A DNA stretch of 64,000 nucleotides, from assembly GCA_043228905.1 (NCBI GenBank), contig JBHGNT010000001.1, positions 3,472,001-3,536,000 of the forward strand, given 5' to 3'. Shown here piece after piece: positions 12,785 to 25,098 of this stretch. This DNA comes from Azolla caroliniana (lineage: Eukaryota; Plantae; Polypodiophyta). The notes beneath the pieces are model-generated. The model was given only the letters and a program-made list of their open reading frames with translations. It searched no databases and was not told where the DNA came from. The position numbers were made by a program, and so were the translations under genes. The first letter of the stretch is position 1, and every line of letters begins with the position of its first letter.

Positions 12785-15700
12785 GCTCCCTTGCCGCCCT
12801 TCACGTCGGGTTCACCAAAGATGTCGCGTTGTTACGCGCGTGCGTGTAGAAGGGGCAGGACCGCGGGGGTCTTGGACTAGGGAGTGGAGGAGAAAGAATA
12901 GGACATAATATGGAGGCTTAGCTCAAGAGGAGAAGAGGAAAGAATAAGATCACGACATCGAAGGAGGGATCGGCGGAGGCAAGATGCTCAACAAGTTATA
13001 TTAAAACAACGAATGGTTACAACAATGGTGGCCGCCATGGCCGCACCAAAATGACTATCCGAAAACCCTAAAGGGAAACCCAAGAAGAAAACCCTAACCG
13101 AAACCCTAACCCTAAAACGAAATGGGAAGAGGGAGAACCCTAGACTAAGTGGTATACCTTACTCGCACAAAATAGGCAACCCCTTCATAAGTGACCCCTC
13201 CCTTCCTTTTATAGCCCAAGGAGGGAGGGACCTTACAATGTGGGACAAAATTTTCCCCTCTCTTTCTATACACCATATCCTAGTATACATGTGCACATGT
13301 TGCACACCACCGACTTGCCCCTTCCACCCCGGTTTCCGCCTATGGACGAAAATCTTCACGACACCGAGCTCTCCGATGAAGTCCTTCATCCATAATATTT
13401 CCTTGCCTGCTTCTACAGCCGCCATGTACTCTGCCTCTGTGGTTGACAATGCAACCGTCTTCTGCAGCCTCGACTGCCACGAAATAGCTCCCCCTGCATA
13501 TGTCATCACATACCCGGATGTAGACCGGCTGGTATCCACATCAGCCGACATGTCCGAATTGGTGAAACCGTCTAGTTGAGGTTTCCCGGAGCCGAATCGG
13601 AGACACATATTTGAAGTGCCCTTCAAATACCGGAACATCCATTTGACCGCGTTCCAATGCTCCTTGCCGGGATTACTCATGAACCGGCTCACCACTCCGA
13701 CTGCGTATCCAATGTCCGGTCGGGTACAAACCATTGCGTACATCAAGCTCCCGACGGCAGAGGCATATGGAATCTTCATCATATCTGCCTTCTCTCCTTT
13801 TGTCTTCGGGCTTTGCTTGCCGGACAACTTGCAGTTTGCCGGAAGTGTCGATCCGACCGATTTTGCATCTGACATGTTGAACCGGTGAAGCACCTTTGTC
13901 ACATACTTCTCCTGTGACAGCCATAATTGCTTCACTGATCGGTCCCGAATGATGTGCATCCCCAACATCTGTCTTGCCGGACCCAAGTCTTTCATTGAGA
14001 AGGTCCGGTTGAGAGCCTTCTTCAGCATCCGTATTTTGCCTTGGTCTCGTCCGACGATCAACATGTCATCCACGTACAGGAGAAGTATCAGGAAGTCCCC
14101 TCCTTCGAACTTCTTCACGAACACGCAGTGATCAGCCTGCGTCTTATGGTACCCTTGATCGGTCATGAAGGAGTCGAACTTCCGGTACCATTGCCGGGGA
14201 GCCTGCTTTAGTCCGTACTGGCTCTTCTTCAACCGGCATACCAGGTGCTCCTTCCCTTTCTCCACAAATCCTTCCGGTTGCTGCATGTAGATTTCCTCTT
14301 CGAGGTCGCTGTGAAGGAATGCCATCTTCACGTCCAGTTGCTCTACCCCGAGATCCATGCTTGCTGCTATACTCAGCACCGTCCGGATGGAGGTCATCTT
14401 TACTACCGGGGCGAATATTTCGTCGAAGTCCACGCCCTTCTTCTGCTGGAACCCCTTCACCACGATCCTGGTTTTGTATCTCGGGGGGTTGCCGGCATCT
14501 CCCGGTTTCAACTTGAACACCCACTTGTTTCGGAGTGCCCGCTTTCCTTTCGGCAGCTCCACCAATTCGTACGTATGGTTCTCATGCATGGAATCCATCT
14601 CATCCTGCATGGCACTTAACCATTTTCGGCTGTGGGTGTCTTCCTTCGTTTCTTCGAAGCTTTCCGGCTCCCCCTCATCGGTTAGCAGGACATGCTCTGC
14701 ATCCGGAAATCTCCGGGGCGCCCTTCTCTCTCTGAGAGGATATCTACGTCTTCGGGCTTCGGTAACCGGTTCCTCCATTTGCTCTTCATCCGAATCCGAT
14801 TCGGGGTCTTGACCGGTTCCGGTCTCAGCTTCCTCTACTTCTTCTTCTGCCGGTTCGGTATCCTCACCGTAACCGGCTGGTTCCTCGAGTGCTAACCGGT
14901 CTCTTGCCGGTTGGGTCTGCTCATTGTAGAGTCTATCCTTACCGGTCGACTCGGAGTTCATTATCTTCTTCTCCGACTCCCAGTCGGCGAGCGTCTTGTC
15001 CTCCATGAAGATAATATCTCGACTCCGGAATACCTTCTTGTCGACCGGGTCCCACACTCGGTAGCCGAACTCATCGTCACCGTAACCGAGGAATATGCAT
15101 GGCCGGGTCTTTGGATCTAACTTTCCTCTCCGGTCCTTTGCTACATGCACGTACGCGAGACACCCGAACACTCTCAGATGCCGGTAGGACACATCCTTAC
15201 TGGTCCATACTCTCTGTGGCGTGTCTCCGTCCAAGGGTACTGAGGGTGATCTGTTTATCACATATGTCGCCGTCGACAGTGCCTCAGCCCAAAACTTCTT
15301 GGGTAGTTTTGCATGCGCTAGCATACTCCGGACCCTCTCCATTATGGTCCGGTTCATCCTCTCGGCCAGTCCGTTTAGTTCCGGCGTCTTCGGCACGGTA
15401 AATTCGAGTCGGATTCCCTTCGAGCGGCAGTACTCCTCGAACTGCCCCCGGTACTCTCCTCCGTTATCTGCTCGAACCGCCTTCAGCTTCCGACCGGTCT
15501 CTCTTTCCACTCTTGCGTGGAGCTCTTTGAAGACTGATAACACCTGATCCTTCGTCTTCAGCGGTGTGGCCCACAGCTTCCGACTGTGGTCATCTATGAA
15601 CGTCACGAAGTACTGCGCTCCGGCATGTGACTTCGTGTCTACTTGACAAACATCCGTATGCACCAACTCCAGTGGTGCATTACGTCTCATCGGTGGCCTT

Positions 15701-18700
15701 GGTCGGAAGGAGGTCCGGTTCTGCTTACCGGCCAGACAATCAATGCATTTCTCTAAGTGCACGTTCTTCACTGGAATGAGGTTGTCGTCTCCAAGCCTCT
15801 TCATCCCCTTCTCACTCATGTGACATAGCCTCTTGTGCCACAGCTCACCGGCAGTGTCGGAAGCCACGTTCACTTCTTCCGGACATAACCAGGCATTCAT
15901 CAGGTACAATGTGTTTACCTTCCGGGCCCGAGCCACAATCAAGCTCCCTTTGCTGAACTTCATGACACCATTCCGGATGCTACCCGTGTAGCCTTCATCA
16001 TCTAGCCGACCGACTGATATCAGGTTCAGACGAACTTCCGGAACGTGTCGGACATCCTTCAACAGCAACTTGCATCCGGTTAGTGTTGTCAGCCACACGT
16101 CTCCTATGCCGACAATTCGGCATGTTCCTTCATTCCCCATCCGGATACAGCCGTGATCACCGGCTGAGTAGGATGAGAAGCATTTCCGGTCCGGGGTAAG
16201 GTGGAACGACGCTCCGGAGTCTACCACCCAGGTCATCTCGTCGCCGGCATGGTTTATCTCACTCTCCTCGGTGATGAGCATCAAATCCTCTTCACTTGCC
16301 GCAATTGCCGTCGTTCCCTTCCGGTCCGGCCCCCTCCGGTCTTTACCATTCCGGTCAGTCCCGTTCTGGTTCGGGGTTTGCTTCGAATCGGTACCGTCGG
16401 TTTCCTTGTCTTTACGGAAATGCCGACAGTTCTTTTGGAAGTGTTCCGGCTTGCCGCAATAGGAGCAAGTAGGCCTCCCCCTTGACTTTGACCGTGTCCC
16501 CGACTTCTCCCGGTTCTGGGGATTACGGTTTCTATGTCTTCCGCGTTCCGATTCGGTAAGGAGCGCTTTGGAGTCGGAGCTCGTATCTTTGTCTTTCCGA
16601 CGAGCCTCCTCATCTAGCAAGCTCGACTTTACTCTTGCTAGGGATAACCGTTTTCCTTCCGGCCCGGCGTTGCCCAAAGTGACAACCAACGTCTCCCAGC
16701 TATCCGGGAGGGAACCGAGCAGGAGTAGCGCTAGGACCTCATCGGCAAGAGGTACTTCCAATGACGTTGCCTGGTGGATCAGCCCCTGGAAGGCATTCAT
16801 ATGCTCCGCCATGCTGGAGCCATCTTGGTACCGGAGTCTTACTAGCTTCCGGAATACCGACACCTGATTGACAGCATTTTTGTTCTGGAACATTATGCCG
16901 ATCTTCTCCCAGAGCTCATGAGCCTTGCTCTCTTCATTGAAGTTGTTGTACAGGCTCATGTCGATGAAGCACCGTATGTATGCCGTTGTCTTCATGTGCA
17001 TCACCTCCCATATCGCGGCGTCGATTTTGTCCGGTCTCTTGTCCCCGAACTGAACCGGCAGCCAGAGGTCTTTAACCACGAGCATGTCCCTCATCTTCGA
17101 CTTCCACACTGAATAGTTGGAGCCGGTGAGCTTGAACATGCCGCCAAACGATTCGTCCATTTTCTGTGTCGATTTCGCTCTGATACCAATTGTTGAGAAC
17201 TCGACGTTCCTTATGTCCGACGCTCGGCCACAACCGAGATTCTTTTCATACACAGAAAAAAAAACAGGTAATGAAACGCGACACAAAGGAGAGAAATGGT
17301 ACACAGGAGGTTTACGTGGAAAACCCCAAAATAAGGGAAAAACCACGGCAGCCCACAGGCTGCAAACTGTCACTATGTAGGAATATCATACAACAATGAG
17401 TTCACTGAGGCAACGACCTCGTGCTCTCAGATCTTCGTCACAGGCGGCGGTTACAACAGAGGCAACGACCTCGTCTCTCTCTCTCTCTCTCTGTACAGTT
17501 ACGCGCTCTCTCTTCTTCTTGCACCAACAAGGAAGAATAACAACAACAAAAACGACACACACTAAAAGTTTGCCCTAAGTCATATTTATACTAATATGAC
17601 TTTTCGGCTATTTACAAATGTAGCCTCGATGGGCTCTCAGAAACATATTTACGAATATGTCTCTTCCTCCGGTTCATACCGGGCCTACACCATCCGGCTC
17701 TCCGCAGTCGGGTACTCCCCATCCGGTTCATACCGAGCCTACACCATCCGGCTCTCCGCAGTCGGGTACTCCCCATCCGGTTCATACCGATTCGGCCTCG
17801 GCCTGTCGGCCTCGGCCGAGTTTGTTTGTCGGCATTGTTATTCTCCCTTCCCATCCGGAGGGACCTGTCTCCCAACATGCGAAACATCTACAACAAAGTC
17901 GTCTTTTTGGCCAAAAGTGCTAGAAATCTTTGACAAAACCGAATAAGATGAGATCCAGAGCACCGTGGAAGGTATTCGAGAAGCTACAAGATGGGAGTGC
18001 CCCGTAGATAAAAATAGCATATACACCTTATGTCAATTACGCGAGGTGTATGTAGAGGAGAAGCGAGGATGCACGGATGATGCGGTAAGACCATCGAAGA
18101 CACCAGAGAGCTGAAATTCCAAAGGGAAAGGAAAAGGAAAAATGACTCCGGCATTCAAACTCGCCTCGGACATTGAACAACAAACGGACCTAAAGAAGGT
18201 GTTTGAAGAGAGGATCGTTGATAGTCGGCTGGAATTTTCTCTCTAGGAATTGCTTGGAATAGCAAAGAAAGAGTTCCACGATCTCCTCGTGGATCTCGTG
18301 AAAAGAAAGAGGCAAGTTACGGTGGAATCAAATGCTCCAAGGGTGAATGCGAATACCGTTGTAATGAACGAGACGGAAGTGGAGGATGAGATTCCAAACT
18401 CTCACTACACAAAGCCATACTAGGCCTGAGCAACTACGGAGACTCCGGTCCGAATTGGAAACATTAAAGAGCCTATAGTTGTGTTGATTGATTATGGATC
18501 AAAGATCAATCTGATGTCCAAGGAGTTCTATCAGAAGGGGACGTTGGCCTATAAACACTAATCATGGATGGAAGATTCGGGTAACCACTAAAGCAACGGA
18601 AGACTTATTTGCGGTTTGTCCGGATGTGACGGTGAAGATCGGAGATGTGGAGATTGACCAAAATTTCTTCATGCAAGATGAGATCTCACATTCCGTAATA

Positions 18701-19132
18701 CTCGGGAAACCTTTTATCCCGACTTCACGGATGGAAACAAAGGTGCTTGATGGTGGAGCGGCTTTTGTACAGTGTCGTGGTATTCCGCGGGGATGTGTCG
18801 AAATGGGGTAGGACCACGGGGGTCTCTGACCAAGGAGCCGGTGGGAGTGGAAAGGACTAGGTTGGGGTCCGGATGGCTTAGCCGGATCAGTTTCCGGATG
18901 TGTGCCCAATCCGGAACGTTTCCCGGATACTGGTCGGTTGGCGCATATACTGGCCGGTTGGCGCATAGACCAAAGGAATGAACTAATTCAGACAGGATGC
19001 TAGACAACAACGATACAACAACGATGAGCCCACGGGCACACAAGCACGGGCGCGCACCCAACCGAAACAAGAAGAAACAACACAGTAATGCTCGTACAGA
19101 AGAGTAGACTCGGCAAAATACTAATGATTATC

Positions 19133-19452
19133 CCCGCACCAACATAAATGTGGTACCTAAAAAAGGGCGGTTTGTGCCCGTAAGTGACGACGACAAAAGA
19201 TGGTGACGGTTTCGACGATGAAGAAGGTAAAATGTAGCCTGTCTACAAGTTGCATGATGGAACGTGGTGCGAGTCTCATCATATCCTAGAGGTCATCCTG
19301 TGCATGTATCTCACTTGTACCATTCGGTACACCCTCTGATGGACTATGTACTGCTAATAAAACATGACTTCGTGTGAGTTGTAGCCTTCGGGCGAGCCAA
19401 AAGATAAAAAAATCCTAAAGTAGTATAAACAAATAAGAAAACAAAATAAAAA
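19133..19452 (+). mobile_element. 5'-truncated LINE (or SINE) insertion
   Basis: A-rich tail and an 18-bp TSD AAAATACTAA(T/C)GATTATC at 19115-19132 and 19453-19470. Confidence 0.85.
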
Positions 19453-20455
19453 AAAATACTAACGATTATCATAAGAGAAGAAATTACAACCAGATTCAGC
19501 CGGTAAACTGAGCTTCGAGCTCCTCACACACACGCACACACAGAGTAGCAAGCCTCGGATCGGGTGCACATGGGCTACCAATGCGAAATGGAGGTCTCAC
19601 ATCACGACGACATAAATAGAGATGGGGAAGGCCAAAGTCTGCAGAGCTTGGTTCGACAGCACTTCGCCCTCCCAAAACGTGGATGTCCAAACATGCTCAA
19701 GCCTCTCCTTTTATAGCAAAGGGGAGACTGTTACATCGCGATCAGTAATAGAGATTCTCCCCGATTTCTTCACCTCAAATCCTCGTATCCTCTATATATG
19801 TGTGGGACTTAAAGTACCGAAACGAATCACACCTACCTAGAATTCGTCAACACTTAACTAATACTAACTTATTTGACATATTTCGGGTGCATCAATGCAC
19901 CTCCCCCCCGTTCACGGGCATCCAACTCCACACCTGCCTATAATTCGTCAACGCTTAACTAAGACATATTTCAGGTGCATCAATGCACCTCCCCGTTCAT
20001 TTCACTCACATCCGGCCCCTTTCTATCATGATATGGCAAGATTCGAACTCACGACCTTATATTATGGGTCGAGCCCTCGCCACTAGACTATACATTGTAA
20101 TACGAAGGATAATATTTTCATTTTTGTTTTAGAGATTTCTTTATCGTCTTGGACAACGTCGCCGACTATGAAGAAGCTTATTGTTGATTGGAAAACTTCC
20201 CGATCCATTCATTCAATATTTCTATTTCTAGAAGATAGATTGCCAAAATCCAACAATATTTTTTATTTCACTATAGAAAATTGATGTATATTCCAGATTT
20301 CTCTGGAACATTCTAGAAACTTCCGGAGTACTCTTCAAAGCACTATATAAGGAGGCACAAGGCATTATTTCGAACCAAATCGGTTCAACGCCAGTCTTAA
20401 GCCTTCCAGCTACTACTATATATTCTCTTCACATAATATATATCGTTTGTTATCA

Positions 20456-20497
<42 letters not shown>

Positions 20498-22048
20498 TCT
20501 CGCGAGAGTTCTACACCTCTCTTAGTACTAATCCTCATCTTTTAGTACTAATTACTTCTCTATCTTAGTATTGTTCTTGACAATTTGAACCGATTTTGGG
20601 TCTCCTTCCTCCTCTTCCTTTTATCTTCTTACTTCTCCCTCCCTTCATACTAATCTCTTATTCCTCTTTTCTCTCATACTATGGCCACTGTTAGTGCTCA
20701 AGAATATCAATCCGTTTTCTCGGAGTTGCAATGCTTGAAAGAGAAGTTTCTCGGATTGGAACAAGAAAATCAACAACTATTGGGGGATCTTCAACAAATC
20801 TCCTTAGAGAAGCAACAAACGCAACAACAACATGGGGAACTAGCGTTACGCGTGCAACAACTCGAAGTGACCATTGTAGCATTGCAACAACAAGGACCAA
20901 GTACGCAAGGGATTCATAAAGAACCCAAGATCGGCCTTCTTATGAAATTCGATGGAACGCGATCACAATTTAGAGGATTCCTTAATTGGTATGATTAGTC
21001 ATTCAAATGCATCATTCCCGATATCCCACTGATGCATCATGAGTGAGTCTAGTAGGCACGTTGTTAAGTGGCTCAACTTTGGCATGGTTCACTCCGTTTT
21101 TAGAAAATGAATCTCCATTACTAAACAATTTTGAAGAGTTTATAAGTGATTTTAAAGCTTGTTTTGGAGATACTGATAGCATAAGGACAACAATCAACAA
21201 AATCCGAAGATTATGTCAAGGTGACCATCCAGCCTTCGCATACGCTGTAGATTTCTGTCTAGGTTCCTCCGATATCCCCTGGGATGACCAAGCATTAATG
21301 GAGCAATTTTGTTATGGCCTACGTAACAATGTCAAGGATTTACTCTTGACCTTCCCCGAAGAACCAAAGTCATTGATAGAAGCAATCAGTTGCGCAGTAT
21401 GATGCGATAACCGCCGTTTTGAACGACGTTCAGAACATTAGTTTCAAATGCCGAGGGCAAGATCGGAGCCCACCTATGCTTCAGTTGTAGCAAAGCGTTT
21501 CCCAAGGGAGTCATTTAATACGTCTCCAATAAATACTCCGACTCCAATGGAAATCGGAACCACACGTCGTCGCGGATCACTATTGCGGTGGATTGGGGCA
21601 TATTGTAGTGAACTGTCCCCATCGGTCAAAAAGGCAGGTAAATCAAATAACCGCTAGTACTAATAGTACTAAACCTGAGTCTATTTCTCTAGCTGTGTCT
21701 GATAGTCCTAATAGCCCAAGCCTTTCAAACAAATTTGAAATCCTTAGTCAACTAGAAGAAGAGTTAAACGATTAAGTCCAGCCAAAATAGGAGCCGTTTG
21801 GTTGGACAACCCTAGATCTATGCAACCCATTAGTGGTTCCATTTCCTCTAAGCAAGTTAGTAATGGTTAGTACTCCTCCAGTACATGTCTTAGCACTCTT
21901 AGATTCCGGAGCCAACTCTTGCTTCATGGATAGGAATTTTGCCCAAGGTCATCAAATATCCCTAAAAAAACTTTCTTGCCTAGCATCTGTAGTAGTTATT
22001 AATGGTCGTCCCATTGCTTCCGGAAAAATCATAGAGGAGTTAGAGCTG

Positions 22049-22512
22049 ATTCAAGTTGCCCTAGATAATTAGTAGTATCATTTAATATAATTAGTAGTCC
22101 AAATCATCCAATGGTCTTGGGGTTACCGTGGTTCGAATTACATAACCCAGACATAGATTGGAGAACAAGAGAAATCCGGTATCGACAAACCCAAGGACCT
22201 ACTCATAGGATTGTAACCATTTCGCTACAACAATTGCATGAAGAAGGATGCAAGGAAGCAATGTTTGTCTTCGCGGTATTCAAGTTGTCCTAGATAACTT
22301 GGTGTGTGTAGTATCATTTAATATAATTAGTACTCTAGATCATCCAATGGTCTTAGGGTTACCGTGGTTCGAATTACATAACCCAGACATAGATTAGAGA
22401 ACAAGAGAAATCCGGTATTGACAAACCCAAGGACCTACTCATAGGATTGCAACCATTTCACTACATCAATTGCACGAAGAAGGATGCAAGGAAGCAATGT
22501 TTGTCTTCACGG
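22049..22512. repeat. About 230-bp tandem duplication of the H protease 3' region
   Basis: TTCAAGTTG.CCTAGATAA...ATGTTTGTCTTC.CGG occurs twice (about 22050 and 22279) with scattered differences. Confidence 0.85.
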
Positions 22513-22739
22513 TGTCGTGAAGAAAACCGTCCACGAGCGGAATCGGTGCACCGGAGCGTAGGAACCGACTCTTCATGCACGTGCGCCTTAAGTTGTACAT
22601 GGGAGATCCTAGGTAGATTCGGTAGGTAGGGAGTAAAGGGGAAACGACTACTTCCTTGCCTATAAAGAGAGGGAGACGAGGAGGGTAGAAGGATCGCGGA
22701 GAGTCGAGGACGAAGTGCTGTCGGTTTCGTGCGAAGGCT

Positions 22740-22770
<31 letters not shown>

Positions 22771-23548
22771 TGTTGCAAACGCCATAGCTTCCTTCTGTGC
22801 AGGTTTCGGGAGGCTCACGCTGCTCTGAGGAATGCCCGAGTGCTTCCGGCAGCACCTCCAACCTACTTTTTCCCCTCTGTGCGTTTACGAGCAGGTATCG
22901 GCATCTGTTCGCCGGCCTGTTCGGTTGTAACCGACTTCGTGTTTGTTGTCTTCGTGTTCTTGTCGTTTGTCTTGTCAATACATACATACTTTCGTGTCTT
23001 TCTGTGTCGCTGTCCCACTCGCGTCTTTGCGTCGAAGGGCCGTGTCCCTGTGAATCTACGCTCGCACGTAGTGGTTCTCTTCTGTTTCTCTCTTACTCTT
23101 CGGTACAGGACCCCCGAGGTCCCGCCTCATTCCACGCATCCGCGAGGAATACCTCGACATATTTGGTGAACCCGACGTGAAGGAGGCAGCAGAAGAGCAG
23201 AAGATGAGGGGGTCGGATCTTGTAGAGGCCATGGCTTCGGCCGTGGATCGGATATTGAGCACACGCGAGGGCACCGGTGCCCTCGACAGAGCCATTGAGG
23301 CGGTCGTCGGTACGATCGGCCGTTTCAGCGGGAAGGATGCTACGAAGTATTTGGCGTCCTACGGGGCGGAAATGCTGATGCGGGACATTCCGGAAGAGAG
23401 GCGTCTTGCCGGGTTCCCTCGAGTGGCGATGCCGAGCATCCATGCGGAGGTGCTCGAGGTACGGGCGGAGAGCCGTACCTGGGAGGAGTTCGAAGGCCGA
23501 CTCCTAGAGAAATATGGGCTGGACGACGCGCTCTGGCTTTCGAAACGG

Positions 23549-23811
23549 TGTTAAACACAGTGCTCGGCCACAACCGCGGAATAGGATCAACTCACAGAAA
23601 ACAGGAAATACAAAGTGCACGAGGACAATAGAGAGAAAGGTACACTGGATGTTTTACGTGGAAAACCCTAAATGGGAAAAACCACGGGAGTCCTCAAACT
23701 CCAACTATCACTATAAACAGAGATGTACACTGGTGAAGCTACAAGGCAACAACCTTGAGCTCACTGTCTTCGCCACAGGCGGCGGTAATACACAGAGGCA
23801 ACGACCCCTTC

Positions 23812-23864
<53 letters not shown>

Positions 23865-24213
23865 CTGCTCTCACTTCGCTCCCTCTAAGTGGAAAACAGA
23901 AAAATGAGCAACAACAACAAACTGTTTGCCCTAAGTCATATTTATACACATATGACTTTCGGGCTATTTACAAATATAGCCTAGAGGGCCCTTGGCAAAC
24001 ATATTCACAAATATGTCCCCGCATCCGGATCTCTCTCCGGGTACATTCGTCATCCGGCTCCGTAGCCGGGGTCTTCAGCATCCGGATCCGTAGCCGGGTA
24101 CTCTTCATCCGGCTTCATGGCGAGTACTCTTCATCATCCGGTTCCGTAACCGCAACCGGGCTTGCCGTCATTCATCTCCGGACATCCCATCCGGAGGGAC
24201 CGAAATCCCAACA
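23549..24213 (-). mobile_element. Extra full LTR of copia C2
   Basis: Matches 29563-30211 apart from (CT)n length, and is followed by the same flank. Confidence 0.93.
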
Positions 24214-24902
24214 GCGGGAAGGATGCTACGAAGTATTTGGCATCCTACGGGGCGGAAATGCTGATGCGGGACATTCCGGAAGAGAGGCGTCTTGCCGGGT
24301 TCCCTCGAGTGGCGATGCCGAGCATCCATGCGGAGGTGCTCGAGGTACGGGCGGAGAGCCGTACCTGGGAGGAGTTCGAAGGCCGACTCCTAGAGAAATA
24401 TGGGCTAGACGACGCGCTCTGGCTTTCGAAACGGGACTTCATGGAATGGGTGGAGTCCCCCGGCAAAGGAAGAAACGCGTCGGCACTCCTCCGGGAGTTT
24501 GAAGAACGCTTTGCGCGCCTTTCGGCGCTTGAACGAACCATTCTGGATACGAGCCGGGTCCTACTGTTCGTCAAGTCGGTGGACGAGCGGGACCGGGATC
24601 AAGTCGACTCCTTGCTGGAAACCGAAGACGGGCTGACGACCGACTGGGCTGCGGTTAAGAGTGTCTGTGGCCGTTTCGACAAACGGCGAGAATGAGATGA
24701 TAACGAGGCGGCCGGTGCGGGCTCTGTCATAGCAAGGAGGCTTGAACCGGCACCGCAAGGGCGAAGGGCAGAAGCCCGGGAGTGGCTCGAAATCGGGTCG
24801 GCTCCGACCGGCATGGTCAATGACTCGTCCGGAGGAGCAGCGCTGGAGGAGTTGATGCGGGCGATAAAGGATCTCCAGATCGCCCAGACTCGAAGGGAAG
24901 GC
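24214..24902 (+). repeat. 689-bp duplicate of the flank at 30212-30900
   Basis: Near-identical sequence with two visible SNPs. Its first 221 bp also correspond to 23328-23548. Confidence 0.93.
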
Positions 24903-25061
24903 CTTAAATGGAAAACCCTGGATGGGAAAAACCACGGGAGTCCTCAAACTCCAACTATCACTATAAACAGAGATGTACACTGGTGAAGCTACAAGGCAAC
25001 AACCTTGAGCTCACTGTCTTCGCCACAGGCGGCGGTAATACACAGAGGCAACGACCCCTTC

Positions 25062-25098
<37 letters not shown>

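Larger units (their letters stand above)
9220..13363 (-). mobile_element. Element B: non-autonomous tRNA-Trp-primed LTR element (LTRs 9220-9761 and 12822-13363)
   Basis: 542-bp LTRs appear identical. 4-bp TSD CCGA, PBS TGGTGAACCCGACGTGA (12817-12801), PPT GGTGGGGGTGGA, no pol motifs. Confidence 0.95.
8951..17160 (-). pseudogene. C1 gag-pol polyprotein, split in RNase H (17160-13364 and 9219-8951)
   Basis: MDESFGG start, CSYCGKPEHFQKNC, VDSGAS, integrase ADNGGEY, RT YVDD, RNase H STTEAEY. The C-terminus resumes after the inserted element. Confidence 0.93.
8253..17877 (-). mobile_element. Element C1: full-length Ty1/copia (LTRs 8253-8940 and 17191-17877), interrupted by element B
   Basis: TG..CA LTRs about 98% identical by eye, 5-bp TSD TGCGA, iMet PBS at 17177-17188, PPT at 8941-8950. 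Confidence 0.97.

Noticed and set aside
9800-12800. GC-rich island as bacterial horizontal transfer or contamination
   Set aside because: Bounded by LTRs, PBS, PPT and TSD, and its gag is homologous to neighbouring retroelements.
13159-17373. 1404-aa ORF as an intact polyprotein
   Set aside because: The N-terminal 71 codons come from LTR and leader sequence, and the last ~68 are read-through into the element B LTR. The true C-terminus is at 9219-8951.
20030-20095. Functional tRNA gene
   Set aside because: Acceptor and anticodon stems do not pair convincingly, so it is reported only as a tRNA-like module.
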